Source of the DNA: an uncultured archaeon
GTDB lineage: Archaea; Thermoproteota; Bathyarchaeia; Bathyarchaeales; Bathycorpusculaceae
Assembly: GCA_963782915.1 (NCBI GenBank)
Contig: CAWALK010000011.1
Location: 107,929-171,928, forward strand
Direction: 5' to 3'
Length of the DNA stretch: 64,000 nt
Shown: positions 24,975-34,925 of the stretch, one piece after another
Layout: each line of letters starts with the position of its first letter
How positions within the stretch are numbered: the first letter of the stretch is position 1
Made by a program: the position numbers and the translations under genes
The notes under the pieces: generated by a model
What the model was told of the DNA's origin: nothing
The model's database searches: none
What the model saw: only the letters and a program-made list of their open reading frames with translations

Positions 24975-25418
24975 ATGTTGGGCAATTCGATGAGAAAGTA
25001 TGTTATGAGCGAAAATAAGAACGGTTACAGTAAAGCCGTGCAAGCCGTCTACAACACCCGAATCAAAAGCTATGCAAAACAAGCCATCCAAGATTTAGCG
25101 CTACTGGCGGAAAAATTACCTGAAGACCAACAAGCCGACATCTTCAACAGCGAAAACATGAAGCCATTATTCAAAGCCATCCTAAAACCGGCTCCGGAAG
25201 AAATTACCCAACTAACTCAAAACAAAGAACTGGCAAAGAAGAAAAGAAACCGTTTACGCCCACTCACCTATGAAATAATTACTTTACTAAATGACTCAAA
25301 CTTGTCATGGTTAATTGCACCCATAGGAGCCAGATATATGACAAAAGAAGGCGGATATTTAGCTCATTTAAAAGCGATTTATTACCGCAGCCTAGACGGC
25401 GGAGACGATGAAGAATAG
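24975..25418 (+). CDS. Hypothetical protein of the element
   Basis: 147-aa ORF, helical, no recognised motif. Confidence 0.55.
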   Translation: MLGNSMRKYVMSENKNGYSKAVQAVYNTRIKSYAKQAIQDLALLAEKLPEDQQADIFNSENMKPLFKAILKPAPEEITQLTQNKELAKKKRNRLRPLTYEIITLLNDSNLSWLIAPIGARYMTKEGGYLAHLKAIYYRSLDGGDDEE

Positions 25419-25556
25419 GCAGGATGGCATCGTTGCAAGTAAGTGGTGGAAGAGAATTGACAGTAGGTACGTACCTACGTCTGGGTGTAAAAAAAGTAAG
25501 CACTCCCTAGACGTTAGAGTGGAGGGTAACTAGGTCTGCGTTCGCAAGAACATCAT

Positions 25557-25961
25557 TTGCCTCTTTTCTTGAATGCTAAAATGCGTTTAGCGCTCATTAA
25601 ACTTCAAGCTGACAAAGAATTGGGACAATCATACGCTGGGCTCTATGCACTCAACGAAGGCTTACATGCCCTAAAGTACCTAAGTGATGAAGACTACCAA
25701 GCTTTCAAAAAACGTTACAGTGATAAACTGGTCAATGATCACCAAAATAATCGAAAATGCGAATTAGACCATCAAGCTCAGAAGGAAATCGAGAGTATGA
25801 CCCGTTACTTTAGCATGGTTATCGACCAATGGCACCTGCATCCAAACAGTGAATGGCGGAGTAAACAACTAAAAAAAGCCAAGGAATACGCAAACCGCAT
25901 ACCGAATGCTAGGGAGGTTTTGGATTTAGAGGAAAATTCACCGGAGATTCCCCATAACTAA
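25557..25961 (+). CDS. Hypothetical protein, possibly DNA-binding
   Basis: 134-aa ORF; N-terminus resembles an RHH-type segment. Confidence 0.5.
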   Translation: MPLFLNAKMRLALIKLQADKELGQSYAGLYALNEGLHALKYLSDEDYQAFKKRYSDKLVNDHQNNRKCELDHQAQKEIESMTRYFSMVIDQWHLHPNSEWRSKQLKKAKEYANRIPNAREVLDLEENSPEIPHN

Positions 25962-25978
25962 ATATCGGCCTGTATAAG

Positions 25979-26194
25979 CTACTCGTCATTTGCCCCTTCG
26001 AATTCAGTGGGGTCTAAGCCTAAATTGGTTGCCCACTGTACATCTGCCAGGGCATCAACGAGTTTTCTTTGGGCATTCTTGTGCAGTCGGCTCACGGTTG
26101 GCGGATTAATGTTTAGTTTACGGGCTATTTTGTAATCGCTCAACCCTTGATTTGCCAACTCAAGAATCCGCCGTTCCCGATCAGTTAAAGCCAT
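25979..26194 (-). CDS. HTH regulator (LuxR/sigma-4-like), divergent from the structural operon
   Basis: LTDRERRILEL..QGLSDYKIARKLNINPPTVSR. Confidence 0.8.
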   Translation of the reverse strand: MALTDRERRILELANQGLSDYKIARKLNINPPTVSRLHKNAQRKLVDALADVQWATNLGLDPTEFEGANDE

Positions 26195-26218
26195 GGCACC
26201 GCTTCCTTTTGGATATAA

Positions 26219-26248
26219 AGGTTATTACTACTTTTGGGCTAATAACCT
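26219..26248. promoter_or_regulatory. Inverted-repeat operator between the HTH gene and the virion operon
   Basis: Perfect 9-bp inverted repeat AGGTTATTA-N12-TAATAACCT directly beside a TATA-like GATATAAA. Confidence 0.55.
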
Positions 26249-26285
26249 ATTTCCGCTTTCCCAGACATACCCATTCCCGATTAAC

Positions 26286-27020
26286 ATGCCAGAGAAAGAA
26301 ACCCAAAACCAAGCAAACCCATGCAGTCGAGGAGTAGAGCACCTCTTGACTGTTCTGCCCTTTAGTGTTCTGGAAAAAATGGCTGACAAACCTTTGAGGA
26401 TTCGGGGCGTAGCCATGACGGCTGGTATGAGCCGCAATCTTAACATCTATACACCTGAAGAGCTGCAAGCTTTCACCGGCAAGCTGGTAAATGCGCCGGT
26501 CTATATTGAGCATGTTTCTGTACCAAACGCCATTGGGAAAGTTACCAAAACCGATTGGGACGGCCATAGTCTCTGGTATGAAGCGGAAATTTATGATGAG
26601 TCAATCGCTGAGAAGATACGTAAGGGTTTAGTCCAGCATGTGAGCGTGGGTGCAGATTATGAAGCCGTCGATTTAGTGGATGGCAAGGTTCCTCATGGAC
26701 TTCATAACGCCGAGTTAAGTTTAGTGGCCGTTCCTGGAATTCCGGAAACTAACGTGCAGGTTTTAGAGAAACTCTCCCAAACAGAAGGCAGACTAACCGA
26801 GGCACAAAAGACCATTGAGGATTTACGCAAACAAGTCCCAGGAGGCGGTTTGCTAAAGAATCCACCAACGATGATAGCGGTTTCTGAAGCTATCAAGATG
26901 GTTGAGGCAGTTCTGCCTTCGCCTATGATTCAAAGAAGTTGGAGTCTTGGGCCTCAACGCATGTGCCAAGAACTCCGCAGAGTAGTCAAACAGCTAGAGC
27001 AGAAAGTAGGAGGCAGATAG
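26286..27020 (+). CDS. Prohead protease with short scaffold region
   Basis: PVYIEH...AIGKV...I.KGLVQHVSVG...ELSLVAVPG assemblin/HK97-type pattern; C-terminal coiled coil. Confidence 0.8.
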   Translation: MPEKETQNQANPCSRGVEHLLTVLPFSVLEKMADKPLRIRGVAMTAGMSRNLNIYTPEELQAFTGKLVNAPVYIEHVSVPNAIGKVTKTDWDGHSLWYEAEIYDESIAEKIRKGLVQHVSVGADYEAVDLVDGKVPHGLHNAELSLVAVPGIPETNVQVLEKLSQTEGRLTEAQKTIEDLRKQVPGGGLLKNPPTMIAVSEAIKMVEAVLPSPMIQRSWSLGPQRMCQELRRVVKQLEQKVGGR

Positions 27021-27104
27021 CTGTGTTTTTGCTCACTTTTGTGGGGAAGAGTACCAAAGGACGAACTTTGGGAAATTCAAGAAAAGAAATCGAATTGATA
27101 TTAA

Positions 27105-27533
27105 ATGACTGATAAAACAGGCAAAACTTGGATGGCTGTAGGAGAAACCGACGATCCGCAAGCGCTCATAGAATCTTTTGAAGCTGAAGCAGCAATCACC
27201 AAAGGCTCACCCGTCTATCTAAGCTCAGATGACAAGGTATCGACTAGCCCAGGCGGAGACGACGCCATAGGCGTAGCCGCCAAAACCGTTGCCATAGGCG
27301 AAATGTGCCCAGTGCTAAAACGTGGAAGAGTCAAAGTCAAAGCAAACGGAGCCATAACACGGGGCAAAGCAGTCTGCAGTGCTGCAAACGGCAAAGTTGC
27401 CCCATTAGTGGACCAACCGGTAGATGAAGGCGGAGCAGCAACCTACACAGTATTTTACAATCGCAAACTTGGAACCGCACTTGAATCAGCAATCGCAGAC
27501 GGCGACTTGATCTTCATAGGTGTGGAGAAGTGA
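27105..27533 (+). CDS. Capsid decoration/cement protein (DUF2190-like)
   Basis: AITKG.PV...AIGVA......GE..PV...G.V.V.A.GAI..G..V...ANGK...LG.ALE. Confidence 0.7.
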   Translation: MTDKTGKTWMAVGETDDPQALIESFEAEAAITKGSPVYLSSDDKVSTSPGGDDAIGVAAKTVAIGEMCPVLKRGRVKVKANGAITRGKAVCSAANGKVAPLVDQPVDEGGAATYTVFYNRKLGTALESAIADGDLIFIGVEK

Positions 27534-28493
27534 TTGCATTGAAGCCAAGACTTTTTGAAGCATTGATGGAAAGACCTAACGACCAACGTGAAGTTTACGA
27601 GAAGCTAAAGCAGAAAACTGAGCATCCCTTCATGAAGCGCTATGTCGCCATGGGCATAAAAGAAAACCTCTTTAGCGATATGACAGGTGCGCTTGGCAGG
27701 ATGCATGATACGCTTGTGCAGGCTGCGTTTCCTGAGTTGATTGGCAGAAACATCATCACAGTCATGCAAACCTCTGAAGCTACGGAGCGATTCCCACTTG
27801 ACACTGATACAATTGCTTACCGTTACTCTGAAGGCACTATAACGAGGCTTAGTGGCAAAAAGAACTCAATGGTAGATATCTACACAAACGTGCTTGCGGA
27901 TTCATCTGAGGAGTGGACTAGAGAGTTTCTTGAGGATGCAACCTGGAACGTCATGGATAACATGATTCAGAAGACTGGCAGAGCTTTAGGCATAAAGGAA
28001 ACCGAAGAGATCATCGCGCTCTATGGTGCAATCCAGGATGCAGATCTGGCTGGCGGTGCTCCTATCGCTGGAGGAAACGCTGTGCTTAGCTGGACAGGGT
28101 TGCTTAGACTGCATGATGCCGTTAGAAGCGAGAACTGGCATCCTACTGTACCTAGCAATCAATGAGACCCAACTCCATCAGTTGCTAAACGACGATAAGT
28201 TTGTTCACGCTCAGTATTTGCCGAGTAGTGAAACCGATATCCAGCAAGGCAGCATAGGCTCAGTGTTGGGTATGCAGGTACAAGCTAGCACTTTGATTCC
28301 CAACGGGACAGCGTATGCAATTGACACTCGAGTTGCTTCTGCAATGCTTCTACGTCGTGACATTACAGTTGAAGACTGGGAAGACATAAAGACCGGCAAA
28401 TACGGCGTTCGAGCAACCACACGGTTTGGAGCGGGTATTCTACGCGCTACAGCTGTTGCCAAAATGACCAACATCAAGACTACCCTAAGCTAA
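27530..28493 (+). CDS. HK97-fold major capsid protein (frameshift near 28150)
   Basis: TREFLEDA, G.VLGMQV..STLIPNGTAY, and G+RATTRFG.GILR..AVAK C-terminus; position in the operon. Confidence 0.85.
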
Positions 28494-28558
28494 AATGATC
28501 GTCAACGATCTAACCACTTTCCCTTTTTTTGGGTTAAAAATGTGAGGTTTATCCTGCT

Positions 28559-29794
28559 ATGAGCAAATTCATCCGAAAAATCAGCGAAATCCTGTCCTTT
28601 ACGCCTGCCTCCGGTGTGGCATCCCCTAAGCAGCGGGTGTTCTTTGACACTTCCTGCATACCCTTAGCAGACGTCTTGAAACTCTACTACCGTGATCCCA
28701 CCTGCAAGAGTAGTGTAGACTTGCTGGCAGCTTCAACGGTTGGCATGGGCTTCTACACTACAGCGGATAAAAAATACGACAAGGCATCCCAAGCTAAAGA
28801 GGTTGTCGACCGGTTCTGTGAGGATGTCAATCTCGATAGCTTGCTAAATGACATGGCAAAGCCGCTGATTGGTTGCGGAAACGATTTCTGGCTAAAACTC
28901 AACCCCGACAAACTAACTGACACTCTGCGCATGCCAATTGACGCCGTCCAACGGATAGGGCTAAGCTCTGTTCCCGACTTAAAGATTCCATATAAAGTCA
29001 CAGGTTACCAGCTTCTAAGCACATATGGCGGCGATACTAGAGCCGAGCTTAAGCCCGAAGCTGTAATTCATTGGCGTTTAAACGGCGATGTCCCCTCCGG
29101 GTTTGGCGTTGGATTGTTGCAGGTTCTCCTGCATTCGTTAACCATTGACACTGACAAGCGTCCCTCGTATGCTTGGATGAAGGCCAAGATAGAGAAGATT
29201 TTGCCAAACATCTTCACTAAATATGCTGGTCCCGATGTCGTTGTGCAGCTTGAAGGGCAAAAAGAAGATACCATCAAAAAATATGAAGCCGCGATTAAGA
29301 ACCGACCGGAAGAGGGGCAGTGGCTTTTTAGCGGCGCCAAATCTGTCGGCGTCTACCCAGTAACCATTGACCCAAGGGCACGCTTCGAATATTATATCGA
29401 CCACATGGTCAACCAATTTTACCTCGGATGCGAAACACCGCTTCCAAGGCTGTTTAGCACTCCAGGCTTCACTGAAGCATCGGCAAGGGCAGCGCTCGAT
29501 TTACAGGACATGCTCATTAAACCAGTCCAGCGGTACATCAAGCGCCAAGTTGAAAAAGAAATCTTCGCTTTCATTGTAGCTCAAAATGGGCTCGATCCCA
29601 CCAAAGCCAAAGTTAGGTTGAATTTTGGCAGTTCAGAAACACCCGAGTTAGTGGCCGCCGACATCATTAAAGCAGCTGAATTGGGGCTGATTCGTGCGGA
29701 GGAGTTCCGTAAGAACGCTGTCAAGTTCGGTTGGGAACTCTGGGATACCCAACCTGAAGCAGCAGTTCAAGGTAAGGAGGTAAAAAAGGAATGA
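28559..29794 (+). CDS. Portal protein
   Basis: 411 aa; Y..DP..KS.VD, GNDFW and EAVIHWR......FGVGLL portal-like motifs. Confidence 0.8.
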   Translation: MSKFIRKISEILSFTPASGVASPKQRVFFDTSCIPLADVLKLYYRDPTCKSSVDLLAASTVGMGFYTTADKKYDKASQAKEVVDRFCEDVNLDSLLNDMAKPLIGCGNDFWLKLNPDKLTDTLRMPIDAVQRIGLSSVPDLKIPYKVTGYQLLSTYGGDTRAELKPEAVIHWRLNGDVPSGFGVGLLQVLLHSLTIDTDKRPSYAWMKAKIEKILPNIFTKYAGPDVVVQLEGQKEDTIKKYEAAIKNRPEEGQWLFSGAKSVGVYPVTIDPRARFEYYIDHMVNQFYLGCETPLPRLFSTPGFTEASARAALDLQDMLIKPVQRYIKRQVEKEIFAFIVAQNGLDPTKAKVRLNFGSSETPELVAADIIKAAELGLIRAEEFRKNAVKFGWELWDTQPEAAVQGKEVKKE

Positions 29795-30138
29795 AGGTAT
29801 CAGCGGAAGACGTTAGAGACACCCTCAACCTAAAAGATTCGGATATTTCTGAGGTTAAAGTTCTGAAGATGATTAAGCGTGCCGAGGTCACTTTAGAGCT
29901 TGAACTCTCCGCTGATATTGACTACCAAAACTGCACCGATTCCCAAAAAGAAGCAATAACGCTCCTGGCTGCCATTTATGCAGTCTGCTACTTGGCTGGC
30001 GGTTCTGCTATCGGTTTGAACTTTAGCGTTGGTGACCTGACCAGTTCCAACTCAGCCTGGCCCAGCTTAACGGTGTTACAAAGCGAATTCGAGCGGGTCC
30101 TTGCCAGTCTCAAAGAAGTCTACGTGGGGAGCGTGTAG
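29791..30138 (+). CDS. Head-tail adaptor (gp6/gp15-like)
   Basis: VSAEDVR...I.RAE...A.YA...SVGDLT helical adaptor pattern, directly after the portal. Confidence 0.6.
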   Translation: MKVSAEDVRDTLNLKDSDISEVKVLKMIKRAEVTLELELSADIDYQNCTDSQKEAITLLAAIYAVCYLAGGSAIGLNFSVGDLTSSNSAWPSLTVLQSEFERVLASLKEVYVGSV

Positions 30139-30140
30139 CC

Positions 30141-31541
30141 ATGGGAACCGTTCCTGAAGCATATTTCCAATTCGTTATGGACTATGCGCCCTATGTCTAT
30201 GTGATAGCGCCTAATACACCGGATCCAGCGTTTGGCAAAGGCGTCCTAGCAGCAAGCTTTGCCCTTGATTTTCTCTGTGAAGCGTATTCAGCCCCGCAGT
30301 TCAAAGATAGACAAGCAGACATCTATGAAAAAATCGAGAGCTTAGCCGATTGGGTACTAACCCAACAATGCACTGATCCTGCAAAGAAGGCTTATGGCGG
30401 GTTCAAAAGCGCCGAGACCAGCACTTACTATTACAGTGTAGATGCTTGCAGAGCCATCCCATCACTTCTAAAAGCCTACGAACTCACAAAAGACAGTGAA
30501 TACTTGGAGGCTGCAAAGCTAGCTGGCGGAACTTTCCTCAAAACCATGCAAGATAAGCAAACATACGGCGGCTTCGCTAGAGCAGTCACAATCCAAGATG
30601 CTTGGCTTTTGCAGATGGATATAGAATGCCTCTATGGACTCATTGGCTTAAACAGGCTAGCCAAAGGTTATCATGAAGGTGATGAAGGTAAGGAATACGC
30701 ATACGATCGTATGATGGATAGGGCAGCGTTTTTTCTTTGGCAAGGCTTTGAGAATCTTTGGCTAACTTTTGACCCTTCAGATGGCAATTGGCACAGAGTG
30801 GGCTTAACTGAAAATGAGGTTTACGATGACCCGTTCGCCTACGCCTTGCTGGGACTGTATGAGTTTGAAGGCTGGAGTGTCAGCTGCCAAAAAGTCTACA
30901 ACGCCCTAAACAACATCAGAGCTAGCGGAAAGTATCCAGCTTATGACCCTGCAATTTGCTGGGCTGGTTACATAGATGTGCTTAATCGATTCTCAGCTTG
31001 CGACTACTACGACGCCGTCACAAGCGGGATCCTTTGGAAAATCCGCCAAAACCACGACAAGCCAAGCTTTAAACTCAGTGTAGAAGTCATCGGCAAACAT
31101 GCAGCTGAATTCATGTATTGGGGCGCCAAACACACAGACTACAGCTATGTTGAAAATAAGCAGGCAATGGCGACCGTTTGCTGGTTAGCCGAGCTTTTCC
31201 TACATTACGAGGAGCCTGTAACTCAGTTTACAAAGATTCTGATGAGTAAAGGGGAAACGGTGACGCTCTATTCTGTTCGAGAAGCCGCTGCAACAGTCAC
31301 TTATGGCGAACCGTTGGATTTGTTAGCCGTTGTTTCCTCACTCAAAGCTGAGCAAGTCATGTTAGAAGCTGGCTACTACCTGAACGACTACTTGGCGTTC
31401 TATACGTTTCTCCCAGTTAGGGTTCATGACAAACTTAGGCGTCAAGGCGAAGACTACGAAATCCAAACAGTAACGCCCTTCACGTTTGCGAATCAACGGT
31501 TCTACTTCAAAAGCATCGCAAGGAGGCTAATCGCAAGTTGA
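30141..31541 (+). CDS. Alpha/alpha-toroid domain fused to a C-terminal head-closure-like domain
   Basis: Helical repeats (ADWVLTQQ...YGGF; LLKAYELTKD.EYLEAAK); the last ~110 aa GETVTL...DKLRRQGEDYEIQTV...YFKSIARR resemble stopper proteins. Confidence 0.55.
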   Translation: MGTVPEAYFQFVMDYAPYVYVIAPNTPDPAFGKGVLAASFALDFLCEAYSAPQFKDRQADIYEKIESLADWVLTQQCTDPAKKAYGGFKSAETSTYYYSVDACRAIPSLLKAYELTKDSEYLEAAKLAGGTFLKTMQDKQTYGGFARAVTIQDAWLLQMDIECLYGLIGLNRLAKGYHEGDEGKEYAYDRMMDRAAFFLWQGFENLWLTFDPSDGNWHRVGLTENEVYDDPFAYALLGLYEFEGWSVSCQKVYNALNNIRASGKYPAYDPAICWAGYIDVLNRFSACDYYDAVTSGILWKIRQNHDKPSFKLSVEVIGKHAAEFMYWGAKHTDYSYVENKQAMATVCWLAELFLHYEEPVTQFTKILMSKGETVTLYSVREAAATVTYGEPLDLLAVVSSLKAEQVMLEAGYYLNDYLAFYTFLPVRVHDKLRRQGEDYEIQTVTPFTFANQRFYFKSIARRLIAS

Positions 31542-32556
31542 GCGAAGTAGAGAACCCAGTCATAACAATTCTGCGCCTAATCGAGTCACGGATAAGAGTC
31601 GTCAAAGATGACGGCGGCTTAGCCAGTGTCCTTTGTTCTCAAGCGAACTATGACCGGGAACTGCTCAAAGACTACGATGCCCAAATAACCGTGTCCAAGA
31701 CCTCTGAGCCTTGCCAAGCGCAGAAACACACCTTAGACGGCAAACTAAGAAGACGCATCTACTCCCTTCGGGCAACCATAGTAACCATTGACAAGCCATT
31801 TGCAGGTGCAGACGTCGGCAGAGTCATGCGAGACAAAGTGCTTGAGCAGCTACTGTTGATTATTCCCGAAAACCGCAACCTACCCTACAGGACATTCTAC
31901 AACTTTTACCCGATTGACTCAACGTCTGCAACTCACAAAGCCTATAGTGCAGTTGCCGCAACCGAGCCTGAGCCATCTAACTCAGCTTGGACAGAACTGT
32001 CAAATCCTGAGTATGCGAACCTTTGGGGAAGCGATGACCTTAGAACCTCTAAAAGCGCAACTGGCAATGGCGAGTTTGCGTTTATGCTATTCCGCTTCAA
32101 AATAGGCTCTAAAGCTGGAGAGAGCCGAAATGAACCCAGAAAACAGTGCTTAAAGCGCGTAATTTTGGCGTTTGAAGGTTTTGGGCTTGCACCACAGGGA
32201 AACGGCGTTACCCTAAAAGTATGGGATAACTTAGCCAGTGCTTGGAGCAATCCACAAACCGGCGTTTTGCGGAACAGACGAAACCCTCACTATCACTCTA
32301 ACGTCAAACCTCACGAACTACGTCAACGATGACGGCTTCCTATACCTGATGGCACGAACAACCAACCCCTCAGATGGGGTTTCGTCTGCCGTTTTGTACT
32401 GCGATTTTGTCCAAGCAACCGTTGACGTATGGGGCATAACATTTTGCGACGTTCACAGTTTCCGAGACGTCGATGTAGTTGATGTTAAGCCGTTTCTCTA
32501 CAAAGAAGAAATCGTCATTGCTGGCTTGGCTCTTCGAGTCAGTTGCCATTTCCTAG
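31538..32556 (+). CDS. Probable tail terminator with inserted beta-rich domain (frameshifted)
   Basis: Lies between the stopper and tail tube genes; ORFs 31538-32332 and 32238-32684 join. Confidence 0.45.
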
Positions 32557-32572
32557 TCACAGGTGAAACAAT

Positions 32573-33437
32573 ATGGTGGACACCTATCACTCAGACCAAG
32601 AAAAATTCTACTACGTTACCGAAGGCTCTTTCGGCGTGGTTCCAGCTAGCCCGGCAATGCTTGGGCACTCCTGCAGCAATCTAGAACCTGACATAAACCC
32701 AAACAACATCCGAGTACCTGGCACAGGCTCAATTGATGTGGTCGCACTTAAGCGTGGATTAAGACAGCCACTTCTGAAAGTCAAGTACCCCATCCCATCG
32801 GATGCACCTATCAACTTTCTCCAGTACGTCAAACAAGAACTCAACGTCAGCCTTTCCCTGCAAGTGCTCTACTACAAAGACCAATTCGCCTTCGCCACCG
32901 ACATCATAAGCCTACTCTACAAGGGCGCCCGATTCAACAAAGCAACCCTAACATGCGACATAGACGGCCTCTTGGAGTGCGAAGCCGAGTTTCCAGCCCA
33001 AGATATAGAAGTCTACAACAGCCAAAATTACAGGCGCTTCATACTCCGAATATGCCGGCGCTGTTTCAGGCAGTGAAAGCTATGTCAAAATCGGCGGCGT
33101 AACTTGCGAGCGTGTTACTTCTTGGAAGCTGCAGATTGACAACTCCTGCAAAGCTGTCCCGGTCATAAGGTCTGTTAATGGGCATTTGGCGAAGTATCTC
33201 ACTTGGGGTAAGCGGCTACTGACTGGAGAACTCAACTTTGAGTTTGAGAGCAAACAAGAAGCCGACGACATCTTAGCCGACACCGAGCAATCCAGCTTAG
33301 AATTCGGGTTAGGCGGCGTCAACAAAGTTAGCGTTGAGCATACCAAATGGGATGACTTTTCATTAAGCGGCAAATCCGAGGACCTGATCTACGCAAAGGT
33401 TCCTTTCACAGCCAGAGGACCGCTCAGCATTTTATAG
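32573..33437 (+). CDS. Tail tube protein (frameshift near 33010)
   Basis: YVTEGSFGVVP N-terminus, beta-rich, GKRLLTGELNFEF; followed by the tail chaperone. Confidence 0.7.
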
Positions 33438-33455
33438 TTACGGAGAAATCAAGAG

Positions 33456-33985
33456 TTGAAAACAGAAAAAGTTGAGATTGATGGCAGATTCGGCGAAGAA
33501 TACAGGGGCACCTATACCTTTGCTGAGATAACGTGGGCTAAACGAAACCGCATCATCCAAAAACACACCAAATACAACAAGCTATCCGGCGACGTTGAAA
33601 GCAGCGATTTCATAGCCATACAAGCGGAAACCATTATGGCTAGCATGCATGGCCAACCCCAAAGCCACCCCATAACGCTGGAAAAGCTGCTGGGCGAAGA
33701 AGACGGTATTCCGATTGAGCTTGGGGAACTTTTCTCTAAAGTAGTCAACAAGCTAAACGGCATGCCACGGGAGGATTTGCGTTTTTTACTAGAGCAGTTA
33801 GACGAGGAAAGCCGCACAGCGCTCTTGTCGAGTTTAGGCTATGTCAAACCTTCGGCTGGACCCCAACCCAACTTGCAAAGCAGCCAGCCCGAACAATCCA
33901 GGAGTTCTGCCACATCTTGAACGTGATGGACGAAATGGCTGAGGAAGAAAAGCGAAAAGCGGAGCGTGAAGCAAAACGGCAGTAG
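33456..33985 (+). CDS. Tail assembly chaperone G (ends 33920) with -1 frameshift product GT (ends 33985)
   Basis: In-frame slippery heptamer T TTT TTA at 33782-33788; the -1 frame reads ...LCQTFGWTPTQLAKQP... Confidence 0.75.
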
Positions 33986-34344
33986 AAGTAACCTGCGACA
34001 TCCAAGGCGTAGAAGAATTCAAAGCAGCTATGCAAAGGTTTGATTCAGGCATGCAGCGTGAGGTTCATAGCTTTTTGGCTAGCTGGGCTGCCGACGTCAA
34101 AGCTGAAGCCATGCGCCTTGTTCCAGTCCGCACAGGTTATCTTCGAAGCACAATCTATGCGAAGGTTCAGCAGTGGGTCGTAGAAGTTGGAGCAGATGCT
34201 GCTTATGCACTATTGGTTGAGTTGGGTACTAAATACATGCAGGCGCATCCTTACCTATATCCAGCAATCCAAGAATACCTGCCCCAACTGGAAACAGTAG
34301 TTATAGCAGCCATTGAGCAAGCCAAAGCGGAGGCTGGTCTATGA
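33976..34344 (+). CDS. HK97 gp10-like tail completion protein
   Basis: PVRTGYLRSTI...YALLVELGTKYMQAHPYLYPA signature; the frame extends upstream to ACG at 33976. Confidence 0.85.
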   Translation, partial: TAVEVTCDIQGVEEFKAAMQRFDSGMQREVHSFLASWAADVKAEAMRLVPVRTGYLRSTIYAKVQQWVVEVGADAAYALLVELGTKYMQAHPYLYPAIQEYLPQLETVVIAAIEQAKAEAGL

Positions 34345-34925
34345 GTTTTCGAGAAATAGCTCTGACCATCCGTGCGGTTAACCGTGCAAGCACCGAATTT
34401 AACAGAATCCAAACCGACGCTGAAGCACTTGCAGCACGGGTCAAAAGTTTAGGCTCAACTCTAGCTGGCTTGGGCGCTACAGGTACCGCTATTGGTTATG
34501 TCGCCAACCAGTTTGGAATACTGAACGATGCCGAAATGAAGGTTTTCAACTCAACCATGATGGTTGTCTCAGTCATGGGTATGTTCCTGCGCACAAGCAC
34601 AGGTTTAGCCGTGGCTCAAAAGGTTTATTCTGCAGCTTGTTGGGTAGCAACTGCAGCTCAAAATGCATTAAACATCAGCTACGGAACCTTCCTCGCACTA
34701 ACAGGAGTCGGAATCGCCGTCATTGTCGCGGCTACCGCTGCCATGGTGTATTTTGCCAGCAGCATGAACAATGCTACGGCTAGCGTGCAGAACTTTAACT
34801 CGACAGCAGCTGAGACGCCTGCACATACGCGAGGTATTCAACGGGCGGGCGAATCAGCAGTGACTTCTGGTTCTCGTAGCGGTAGTTCATCAGATGCTTC
34901 TTTCTATCGCAGAGGAGTGGAATAG
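34341..34925 (+). CDS. Very short tape measure protein (194 aa)
   Basis: Typical N-terminus IALTIRAVNRAS, Ala-rich helices, hydrophobic segments, position after the chaperone. Confidence 0.7.
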   Translation: MSFREIALTIRAVNRASTEFNRIQTDAEALAARVKSLGSTLAGLGATGTAIGYVANQFGILNDAEMKVFNSTMMVVSVMGMFLRTSTGLAVAQKVYSAACWVATAAQNALNISYGTFLALTGVGIAVIVAATAAMVYFASSMNNATASVQNFNSTAAETPAHTRGIQRAGESAVTSGSRSGSSSDASFYRRGVE

